Of a DNA stretch of 64,000 bases, positions 28,362 to 36,724 are shown piece by piece. Within the stretch, counting starts at the first letter, position 1. Every line of letters starts with the position of its first letter. The notes below the pieces were generated by a model. It was not told where the DNA came from. It made no database searches and saw only the letters and a program-made list of their open reading frames with translations. The stretch is from Spirochaetia bacterium. Lineage in GTDB: Bacteria; Spirochaetota; Spirochaetia; UBA9216. The position numbers and the translations under genes are program-made. The stretch spans positions 544,001 to 608,000 of the forward strand of contig OY776510.1 of the NCBI GenBank assembly GCA_963675665.1, read 5' to 3'.

Positions 28362-29147
28362 TTAAACAATTATAAGATCAATGCCCTTGTTCGTCAGATA
28401 CTCAACATATTTCCCGGGGATTTTATCATCGGTAATGACAGTATCTATATCGTCTATATCACAATAATAGGCCGACAGTACCTTGTCGAATTTTGAAGAA
28501 TCTATAAGAAGTATTTTCTGCTGACTGGTTTCAAGCGCAGCTTTTTTCATTTCAATTTCATAGGAGTCCGCGGTTGTCACTCCAAGGCGGTCACTTACCC
28601 CCCTTGCAGACAGGAACACCTTGTTTGCCCGGTTTTTTTTAATCAGTTCAACCCCTTCCGAAGATTCAAACATAAGCGTATTCTCATGGAAGTACCCGCC
28701 GCCGAAAACAAGTTTGTAGTCTTTTTTCCTGTAAACCGAGATCAGTATATTCAGAGCGTAACATATTATTGCGGAAGGATTTGAACTCTGTATAAATTCT
28801 CCCATAATTTCAGTGGTAGATCCGGAATCTATTATAATAATATCATTATCTTCTATCAGCGAAACAGCCTTTTCAGCAATCCTTCTCTTTTCACTCAGGC
28901 GGGTTGATTCTTCCCGCGGAAGGCTGTATTTATTTCCGGATGAATCTTCAGTGTTCAGTCCCGCACTCTTGTATATTGCTCCGCCGTGGATTAATTTTAC
29001 AATATTCTTTTCTTCGAGTATTGCAAGATCCCTTCTGATTGTCATTTCCGACACATCAAAAGCCGAAGCCATTTCCCTGACGGTCCCTGCATTCTTGAGT
29101 TTTAAGAAATTGATCAGTTCCTTTAGACGAAAATGTCTTGAATCCAT
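28362..29147 (-). CDS. DeoR/GlpR-family transcriptional regulator
   Basis: VSEMTIRRDL, HGGA, EKRRIA, IDSGSTT, DSSKF. Confidence 0.95.
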   Translation of the reverse strand: MDSRHFRLKELINFLKLKNAGTVREMASAFDVSEMTIRRDLAILEEKNIVKLIHGGAIYKSAGLNTEDSSGNKYSLPREESTRLSEKRRIAEKAVSLIEDNDIIIIDSGSTTEIMGEFIQSSNPSAIICYALNILISVYRKKDYKLVFGGGYFHENTLMFESSEGVELIKKNRANKVFLSARGVSDRLGVTTADSYEIEMKKAALETSQQKILLIDSSKFDKVLSAYYCDIDDIDTVITDDKIPGKYVEYLTNKGIDLIIV

Positions 29148-29248
29148 GTTATTAAATTACCATATTGTTAATTATATAGCAATGCAAAGAACAAGACTCC
29201 GTATAACGAACTTTACATTCATGCTCTCAGAGTATACAGTTAACAATT

Positions 29249-30187
29249 GTGTACAACAAAGATTATATCCTGATAATAGGCGGCAGCAATGCCGACATCA
29301 CAGGTTTTCCGAATTCCAGGTTTATCCCCCGCGACTCAAATCCGGGAGCAGTTGGAATTTCAGCCGGCGGTGTGGGCCGGAACATAGCTGAAAATATTGC
29401 CAGGCTTCAAATCCCGGTCAAACTGCTGTCGGTAGTAGGGAACGACGCTTTCGGCGATTTAATACTTAATGAAAGCTCGGCTGCCGGCATAGACACTTCG
29501 ACTGTTATACGGTCAAAGACCATGCCTACATCTGCATATCTTTGTATTATGGATGAGGCCCGTGATTTATTTGCAGCAGTCTCGGATATGAAGATAATGA
29601 GTGAACTTACTTCCGAACTGATTCATAAAAACAGCTTTACCCTGAAAAATGCCGCTTCAGTAATAATTGATAACAATATCGATCCGGAAACAATTGCCGC
29701 AGTTAAAAAGGAAAATCCCCGGCGGATCTTGTTTGATGCTGTTTCAGGAAAAAAACTTCGCCGTTCAATAGAACAAATTCGGGATATCGACACCGTAAAA
29801 CTGAACGAAATCGAAGCTGAAATACTGTCAGGCATTAAAATTACCTGCCGGAACGATGCGGAAGAAGCTTCTGCAATTATTTTCGACAGGTGTATAGATA
29901 ATATCTTCATCACCCTCGGCGCAGGCGGTGCTCATTACCGATGCACAAACGGCAGCTATTTCTGCGAGCCGTACAACCTGCCGCTGAAGAATACCACGGG
30001 AGCCGGAGATGCTTTTCTTGCAGGAATAGCCTACGGATATTACAATGAGATTACAGGAAAAGAACTGCTTGAATACGGCAATGCGTGTGCAGCAGCGGCG
30101 GCAGCTTCGGAGGAAACTGTTTCGGACAGGATAACTCCGGAATTAATCAGGCAGATTATTGAAGGAGATAATGATGAAATACAATAA
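29249..30187 (+). CDS. psuK: PfkB-family kinase, pseudouridine kinase-like
   Basis: [30 protein letters not shown]; adjacent to psuG. Confidence 0.85.
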   Translation: MYNKDYILIIGGSNADITGFPNSRFIPRDSNPGAVGISAGGVGRNIAENIARLQIPVKLLSVVGNDAFGDLILNESSAAGIDTSTVIRSKTMPTSAYLCIMDEARDLFAAVSDMKIMSELTSELIHKNSFTLKNAASVIIDNNIDPETIAAVKKENPRRILFDAVSGKKLRRSIEQIRDIDTVKLNEIEAEILSGIKITCRNDAEEASAIIFDRCIDNIFITLGAGGAHYRCTNGSYFCEPYNLPLKNTTGAGDAFLAGIAYGYYNEITGKELLEYGNACAAAAAASEETVSDRITPELIRQIIEGDNDEIQ

Positions 30188-31094
30188 ATATCTTGACATA
30201 AAAGCTGATGTCGCAAATGCACTTGAAAACGGAAAGGCTGTTGTTGCGCTTGAATCCACCATAATATCCCACGGAATGCCATATCCACAAAATATAGAAA
30301 CGGCAAAAAACGTGGAGCAGATTATTCGCAGCAACGGGGCGGTTCCTGCAACCATAGCAATTATAGGCGGGAAAATAAAACTTGGGCTTGATAACGAAGA
30401 ACTGGAATACCTCGGCACAGCCGATAATATATTGAAAGCATCACGCAGGGACCTCGGCCATATAATTTCAAACGGTCTCAACGGGGCCACAACCGTTGCC
30501 GCTACCATGATTGCCGCAAACCTGGCAGGCATCAGGATCTTTGTTACAGGCGGAATAGGCGGCGTCCATCGCGGGGCTGAAAACTCCTTTGACATATCGG
30601 CTGATTTACAGGAACTTTCGTCTACCAGCGTGGCAGTAATCTGCGCAGGGGCCAAATCAATCCTCGACATAGGCCTTACTCTCGAATACCTCGAGACAAT
30701 GGGCGTGCCGGTTGCCGGTTTCGGCACCGATGAACTGCCGGCCTTTTACACACGGCGCAGCGGGTTCAAGGTCGATTACAGATACGACAATGCAGCCGCA
30801 GTTGCGGCTGCATTGAAAGCCAAGTGGGACCTCGGCCTGTCCGGCGGAATGGTAATTGCCAACCCGATTCCGGAAGGATACGAAATGGATCACAAGATTA
30901 TCGACGGCGCAATAAACCAGGCGCTTAATGAAGCAGACGCCCGCGGCATCAAGGGCAAGGAAACAACACCGTTTCTCCTGGACCGTATAAAACAGCTTAC
31001 CGAAGGTGATTCTCTTGAATCCAATATCCAGCTTGTTTACAACAATGCACGCGTCGGATCGGCAATAGCTGTCGCGCTTTCAAAGCCCGGTTGA
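30174..31094 (+). CDS. psuG: Pseudouridine-5'-phosphate glycosidase
   Basis: [51 protein letters not shown]. Confidence 0.97.
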   Translation: MKYNKYLDIKADVANALENGKAVVALESTIISHGMPYPQNIETAKNVEQIIRSNGAVPATIAIIGGKIKLGLDNEELEYLGTADNILKASRRDLGHIISNGLNGATTVAATMIAANLAGIRIFVTGGIGGVHRGAENSFDISADLQELSSTSVAVICAGAKSILDIGLTLEYLETMGVPVAGFGTDELPAFYTRRSGFKVDYRYDNAAAVAAALKAKWDLGLSGGMVIANPIPEGYEMDHKIIDGAINQALNEADARGIKGKETTPFLLDRIKQLTEGDSLESNIQLVYNNARVGSAIAVALSKPG

Positions 31095-31095
31095 T

Positions 31096-32043
31096 TTAAC
31101 CCTGCTTGCTTTTCTTTGCCAGCGTATCAAATACAACGGCAATAAGAAGCACAAGCCCTTTTGTAATCTGCTGTGAATACTCGCTTACATCGATAAGAAT
31201 CATTCCGTTTGACAGCACCCCGGTAATCAGTACTCCTATCAATACCCCGAAAAGAGAACCCTCTCCTCCCATAATACTGACCCCGCCCAATACTACAGCG
31301 GTGATTACATCCATTTCATACCCCGTACCGATCTTGGGTTGGCCGGTGTTTATTCTCGAAAGCATAATTATACCGGCAATTCCCGTCAGAAACGACGAAA
31401 TTACAAAAACAAGAGTCTCAATCTTTGCCGTGTTTACCCCCGAAAGCCTGACTGCTTCCTTGTTCCCGCCGAGACCGTATATATACCTGCCGGTTTTGGT
31501 TCTGTTAAGGAAAATCCAGCCTACAATAAAGATACAGAGCATAACGATAACGGGAATAGGAATTGCCCCTACATAACCCTGGCCCAGCACTTTAAAGGAT
31601 TCCGGAAGGCCCCATACGGGCATTCCCTCACAAAGTACAAACGACAGCCCCCGAAGAATCGTCATCATCGCAAGGGTTGTAATAAGCGCCGGCACTCCGA
31701 CGTACGCGACAAGCAAACCGTTTATCAGCCCTATCGACGCCGCTATCAGAAGGGTAATTACTACTGCCGGAAAAATTGGCATCCCTGCGTTTACCATCAG
31801 CATTGAACCGGCTACATTGGTAATTGCCATGACGGAACCTACCGACAGATCAATACCGGATGTTAGAATGACACAAGTCATTCCCACAGCTGAAATTCCG
31901 AGCATTGCCACCTGTCGGGTAACATTAAGCAGGTTGCCGGCTGTAAGAAACGATTCCGAAGCTATCGTAAAAAATAATACAATTGCAAGCAGCACTCCTA
32001 CAATTGCGTATCTTTTTAAAAATATTTTATATTGATTAATCAT
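31096..32043 (-). CDS. Sugar ABC permease (RbsC family)
   Basis: GIDLSVGS, GRYIYGLGGN..AVRLSG, YEMDVITAVVLGG. Confidence 0.95.
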   Translation of the reverse strand: MINQYKIFLKRYAIVGVLLAIVLFFTIASESFLTAGNLLNVTRQVAMLGISAVGMTCVILTSGIDLSVGSVMAITNVAGSMLMVNAGMPIFPAVVITLLIAASIGLINGLLVAYVGVPALITTLAMMTILRGLSFVLCEGMPVWGLPESFKVLGQGYVGAIPIPVIVMLCIFIVGWIFLNRTKTGRYIYGLGGNKEAVRLSGVNTAKIETLVFVISSFLTGIAGIIMLSRINTGQPKIGTGYEMDVITAVVLGGVSIMGGEGSLFGVLIGVLITGVLSNGMILIDVSEYSQQITKGLVLLIAVVFDTLAKKSKQG

Positions 32044-33540
32044 CTAATATTCTCCTGAAGCCAAATGTAATATCCGTTCCTGGTTTGCTTCTTCTTTTTG
32101 CAGCTCACCGGCCACTACGCCCTCATGCATTACGATTATTCGATCCGACATCCCGATAAGTTCGGGCATCTCTGAAGAGATAAGAACAATCCCTTTGCCG
32201 CTTTCTGCAAGCCTGGTAATAAGCTCATATATCTCCTGCTTGGCCCCCACATCAATTCCCCGGGTCGGCTCATCAAAAAGAATAATGTCGCAATCGGTAG
32301 CCAGCCACCGGGCAAGAACCACCTTCTGCTGATTTCCTCCGGACAACTCCTTTATCTTCTTTTCAATACCGGGACATACGATATTAAGCATTTTGCGGTA
32401 TTTTTCCGCAACTTCTCTCATTTTTTGGGGAACAAGAAGATGCATTTTGCTGACACGACCGAAAGAGCTGTATGATATATTCTCCTTTATTGAAAGTTCC
32501 GAAATAATCCCGTGTTGTTTGCGGTCTTCCGGAAGCAGACCCAATCCCTGCCTGACGGCTTCCATGGGATGCCCTATCTTTACCGTTTTTCCTTTCACTT
32601 TTATTTCGCCGCCGGAAACCGGATCCGCACCGAACACGGCACGGACCAGCTCGGTCCTGCCGGCGCCGACAAGACCGCCGAACCCGACAATCTCGCCGGA
32701 TCTCAATATAAATGATACGTTCTTTACGTTCTTTGCGGCGCTCAAATTGTTTACTTCAAGAAGAACATCTCCCAAACGTGTCTTTCTTTCAGGATAGGTT
32801 TCCAGAAGCTCACGGCCGACCATGCTTTTTATCAATTCATTTTTGTTTGTTTCCGAGGTTATATAAGTGGTAATTAATTTTCCGTCCCGGAAAACCGAAA
32901 CCCGGTCTGAAAGCTCAAAAATCTCGGCCATACGATGAGAAATATAGATAACAGTTACACCCCTTTTTTTCAGGTTCTTTACAAGATCAAAGAGTTTGTC
33001 CACCTCGCTTTGGGTCAGCGGGGCGGAAGGCTCATCCATTATCAGTATTTTTACATTATGCGAGATGGCCTTTGCTATCTCGACAATCTGCTGATATGCA
33101 ACCGTAAGATGCTGCACTTTCATTTTCGGGTCCATCTCGATACCGAGGCTTTTCAACGCTTCTGCCGCTTTCTTATTCATCGTCTTTATATCAAGCAGCC
33201 CGTTGGGCAGCTTTAACTCATTACCGAGAAAGATATTTTCAGCGATACTCAGATAGGGTATCAGGTTAAATTCCTGATAGATTGCAGCTATTCCGTATTT
33301 AAACATTGCCTCATACGGAGAAAAGGTTTTGCCGACAGCCCCCTCAATGGAAATCTCCCCGCTGTCTGCCTTTATTGCTCCTGTCAGAATCTTTATTAAA
33401 GTTGATTTGCCGGCCCCGTTTTCTCCACAGATTGCATGGATCTCGTTTTTAAAGAAATCAAGGTTAATGTCATCCAATGCAACAACACCGGGATACGTCT
33501 TTGTTATCCCGGCTACCGACAGCGCAGATTCGTTCTGCAT
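32044..33540 (-). CDS. Sugar ABC ATPase (RbsA/MglA family, two NBDs)
   Basis: GENGAGKST, DEP, SHR, PEDRK, LSGGNQQK, DEPTRGIDVGAK. Confidence 0.96.
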   Translation of the reverse strand: MQNESALSVAGITKTYPGVVALDDINLDFFKNEIHAICGENGAGKSTLIKILTGAIKADSGEISIEGAVGKTFSPYEAMFKYGIAAIYQEFNLIPYLSIAENIFLGNELKLPNGLLDIKTMNKKAAEALKSLGIEMDPKMKVQHLTVAYQQIVEIAKAISHNVKILIMDEPSAPLTQSEVDKLFDLVKNLKKRGVTVIYISHRMAEIFELSDRVSVFRDGKLITTYITSETNKNELIKSMVGRELLETYPERKTRLGDVLLEVNNLSAAKNVKNVSFILRSGEIVGFGGLVGAGRTELVRAVFGADPVSGGEIKVKGKTVKIGHPMEAVRQGLGLLPEDRKQHGIISELSIKENISYSSFGRVSKMHLLVPQKMREVAEKYRKMLNIVCPGIEKKIKELSGGNQQKVVLARWLATDCDIILFDEPTRGIDVGAKQEIYELITRLAESGKGIVLISSEMPELIGMSDRIIVMHEGVVAGELQKEEANQERILHLASGEY

Positions 33541-33553
33541 AATTAACTCCCTT

Positions 33554-33587
33554 AAAAAAAATCTCCCGCCTTTTTGACAGGCGGGAG
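33554..33587 (-). terminator. Hairpin plus U-tract after SBP gene
   Basis: CTCCCGCCT...AGGCGGGAG followed by a T-run on the minus strand. Confidence 0.7.
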
Positions 33588-33595
33588 TTCCCTGT

Positions 33596-34549
33596 TCAGT
33601 TCATGTATTTTGCTACATTTGCAATAGTAATTGCTTCGTTTACAATCTTCTGATGGGCCTCAACAGATTCTCCATTGATCAACTTGTAAAGTATCTCCAT
33701 CTCCTGTTTTCCCGATTCGTAGGGAGCCATGCTGACTGAAGCCCTGTACATGCCGCCTTCACTGATAAGCTTCAAAGCCTGATCAACGCCGTCGGTACCG
33801 CCGATCCAGGTTTTTGCCGGGTCTTTCTTGGCGGCCATCATTGCCTCGTATGCACCGAGAGCCCCGTCGTCATTCAGACAACCTATTACCGCCAAATCCG
33901 GGTGTGCCTGCAGAATGGATTCGGTCACTTCCATCCCCGTGTCGGTCTGGAAAGCGTCCTGCCTGGCAACCAGTTCGGCATCGGGAGCTTCGGAAAGAAT
34001 ACCGTCTCTGATACCGTCTGTTCGCGGAATTACAAACGGGGTACAATCTGCTGCGAGCAGGGCAAATTTGGCCTTTCCGCCGAGTTCACTCTTGATAAAC
34101 TTGCCCGCTTCAACACCCTCGAGAAATCCGTAATGGTATTCATCGTTTGAAAGCGATCCCGAAGCGCCTTCCAGAGGGTGTACAGCCGCCATTACCTCTA
34201 TTCCTGCTGCCTGCGCTTTTTTGCAGTATTCCTTACTGGCTTTCTCGTCAACACAGGAAATCATGATTCCGTCTACCTTACTGGTAATCAGGTTTTCCCA
34301 GGTATTGATCTCTTTGGCAGGATCTACCTGCAAATCGACAACAGTCAGCTTCACACCAAGCTGTTCAGCCATTTCTTCAGCGCCTTTCGCCTGAGACGCC
34401 CAGAACGGGTTCCCCAAATCATGGACCATAAAAGTAACTCTGAGCTGATCAGGCTCTGCCGATTCCTGCTGACCTCCCGCAAAAACCGGTACTGCCGCAA
34501 ATACTACAAGCAGTACTGCAGCTGCTAATAATAGGACTTTTTTGTTCAT
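33596..34549 (-). CDS. Sugar ABC substrate-binding protein (RbsB family)
   Basis: MNKKVLL...VFAGGQQE leader, NPFW, RTDG, NDDGALGA, GTDG; ATG 34549 with GGAGG. Confidence 0.93.
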   Translation of the reverse strand: MNKKVLLLAAAVLLVVFAAVPVFAGGQQESAEPDQLRVTFMVHDLGNPFWASQAKGAEEMAEQLGVKLTVVDLQVDPAKEINTWENLITSKVDGIMISCVDEKASKEYCKKAQAAGIEVMAAVHPLEGASGSLSNDEYHYGFLEGVEAGKFIKSELGGKAKFALLAADCTPFVIPRTDGIRDGILSEAPDAELVARQDAFQTDTGMEVTESILQAHPDLAVIGCLNDDGALGAYEAMMAAKKDPAKTWIGGTDGVDQALKLISEGGMYRASVSMAPYESGKQEMEILYKLINGESVEAHQKIVNEAITIANVAKYMN

Positions 34550-34580
34550 ACGAACCTCCAAATATATTTTGCTGTCTTTA

Positions 34581-34596
34581 TGCAGGTTGCGTGCCA
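34581..34596 (-). promoter_or_regulatory. sigma54 (-24/-12) promoter
   Basis: TGGCACGCAACCTGCA versus consensus TGGCACG-N4-TTGCW; GG and GC correctly spaced. Confidence 0.7.
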
Positions 34597-34752
34597 AAAT
34601 TGTTATCGGGCAATAACAGAGGTATCTCTTTTATATATCAAATTTTATTATATATGTAGAATTTTAGATGTTTGAATTAATCAATACCCAGTTTTACCCG
34701 TTTACACGGAATGAGTAAATTCGGGGAGTGTTAAATATCGGGGAATTCTACA

Positions 34753-35526
34753 TTAATCCCACGGAAGTTTTGCCTTTCTGCGTACCGAGATTTCATCAAT
34801 CATCGCATTTCCTTTCATGGCAAGCAGAAATGTTATCGTCTCGGCAATTTCTTCAGGAGGGATCATCTCAGAGGCATCAATATCAGGCCTGACATTACGG
34901 ATGAGATCAGTATTGACTCCTCCGGGATTTATTGCATGCACTCGTATTGATGTGTCCTTCAAATCACGGGCTGCAGCCTTGGTAAAACCGAGCAGGGCAT
35001 GCTTCGACGCTGAATAAAGAGCCTGATTTTCATATCCCTTGTACGCAACAACCGAACCGATATTGATTATAAAACCGGGGTCGGCCTTTTCCAGCAGGGG
35101 GACTGCATGTTGCATCAAAAAAAAGGGCGTGCGGGCATTAATATTCATTGTTCTTTCCCAGTCTTCCGCCGTGTATTCACCTGTTCTTTTGGGGATAACA
35201 ATTCCGGCATTATTTACCAGAAGATCCAGCCTGTCAAAACTTTTTACAAAAGCACCAAACAGCCTGTCGGCGGCATCGGGCCGCGAGAGATCTTCAGTCT
35301 GTATAACAACAAGGGGGCCTTCGCCGCAGCCGAACTGTTCGTCGGACGAAGCTGCTGCTGCCTTGCGAACAAGGGCGGCAGTTTCTTCAAGGGCTTTCTC
35401 ATCCCGGCCCGTCAAAAAATAATCATAGCCGAAACCCGCCGCTGCAACCGCTATCGCCCGCCCTATACCGCGCGAAGCTCCTGTGATCAGCGCTACTTTT
35501 CTTTCAACATCGGTTTTTATTTTCAA
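34753..35526 (-). CDS. Short-chain dehydrogenase/reductase
   Basis: TGASRGIG, NNAG, YSASK, INPGG. Confidence 0.92.
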   Translation of the reverse strand: MKIKTDVERKVALITGASRGIGRAIAVAAAGFGYDYFLTGRDEKALEETAALVRKAAAASSDEQFGCGEGPLVVIQTEDLSRPDAADRLFGAFVKSFDRLDLLVNNAGIVIPKRTGEYTAEDWERTMNINARTPFFLMQHAVPLLEKADPGFIINIGSVVAYKGYENQALYSASKHALLGFTKAAARDLKDTSIRVHAINPGGVNTDLIRNVRPDIDASEMIPPEEIAETITFLLAMKGNAMIDEISVRRKAKLPWD

Positions 35527-36008
35527 CTCCGTCCCTCCTCAGCTTTTTCCAGCACCTTTACAGCTTTCGGCACAGTATCGCCGGGCTTAACCTTATACCA
35601 GCTTTCAATAATTTTGCCGCCGGGACCAATCAGAAAAGAAGAGCGGATTATCCCGTAATATTTTTTACCGTACATTGATTTTTCACCCCAGACACCGAAC
35701 GCTTCAGCAACTGAGTGATCCTCATCACAAAGCAGCGGGAATTGCAGGTCATACTTTTCTTCAAATTTTTTCTGTTTTGCCCGGTTGTCGGGGCTTATCC
35801 CGACAGTTGAGCAGTTCAGCTTTTCAAAATCGTCCCGGGCCTCGCTTACCGCACAGCTCTGAGCTGTACAACCCGGGGTCAGCGCTTTGGGATAAAAATA
35901 AACCAGAAGAAATTTCCCCGCATAATCGGACAACTTGTGCTCTTTACCGTTCTGATCTGATAAAGAGAACTCCGGACATGCATCGCCGCTTTTTAATGTA
36001 TTCCCCAT
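35523..36008 (-). CDS. bcp: Thioredoxin-dependent peroxiredoxin Bcp/PrxQ
   Basis: YFYPKALTPGCTAQSC, GISPD, FPLL, RSSFLI. Confidence 0.93.
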   Translation of the reverse strand: MGNTLKSGDACPEFSLSDQNGKEHKLSDYAGKFLLVYFYPKALTPGCTAQSCAVSEARDDFEKLNCSTVGISPDNRAKQKKFEEKYDLQFPLLCDEDHSVAEAFGVWGEKSMYGKKYYGIIRSSFLIGPGGKIIESWYKVKPGDTVPKAVKVLEKAEEGRS

Positions 36009-36046
36009 ATTTTATACTCCTTAAAAAGAAAGCATATATCCCGCAT

Positions 36047-36724
36047 TCAGTCCCAAACTGAAATTCCCGCTGTATTCATAGATCCCAAAACACCAAGACT
36101 GAAGTTTTTATAAGAAAATGTATATCCGGCTGAGGCCCCGGCTTTGCTTCCTCCAAACAGATTTCCGCCGAATTCGAATCTGTTCAAAAATACGTTTTCA
36201 TCATCCGAAACTGCCCCGGTTAAATAAGCAACCGGAGCCATACCGGTTTCGTCATACATAATATCCACAGATATCCCAAGGTAAAAACTTCCGTAAACGT
36301 TGAACAGCCCGGCAAAACCGGCATAAGGGACCGTTTACTCCCGGCCGAAATCATAGTATCCGCCAACCTCCAGAGAGAACAACAATGCCTTGTTCTCTGA
36401 TGATTTGCCTGATAAAAATGCCAGTCCGCCTCCGGATAAACCGAGTGAAAGTTTTTGGTTACTTAAACAGTATACACCCACCAGGCCTGCCTGAAAATTG
36501 TTAATTCCCAAATCATACCTGATAACGCCGAACCCGTCCGAATACGGTAAATACATGCCGCTGAACCTGTGGATCAGGTTTTTGCGGTTTACGGCAACGG
36601 AAAACATGGGCCCAGGATAAACCCCGTACCCGCCCCAAAAGAAATCAGCTGATATTCCTGCATAAAAATTATCAAAAAAATTATACAATACGTCTACTTC
36701 AGGAGTTCCGTAAAACGCGGTTTG
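36047..36724 (-). pseudogene. In-frame continuation (repeats 3-4) of the upstream large gene, beyond TAG 36725-27 and containing TAA 36335-37
   Basis: ORFs 36335-36688 and 36047-36268 are in the same frame as 36725-39394; the linkers translate as QTAFYGTPEVDVLYNFF and TVPYAGFAGLFNVYGSFYLG, continuing the repeat pattern. Confidence 0.7.
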
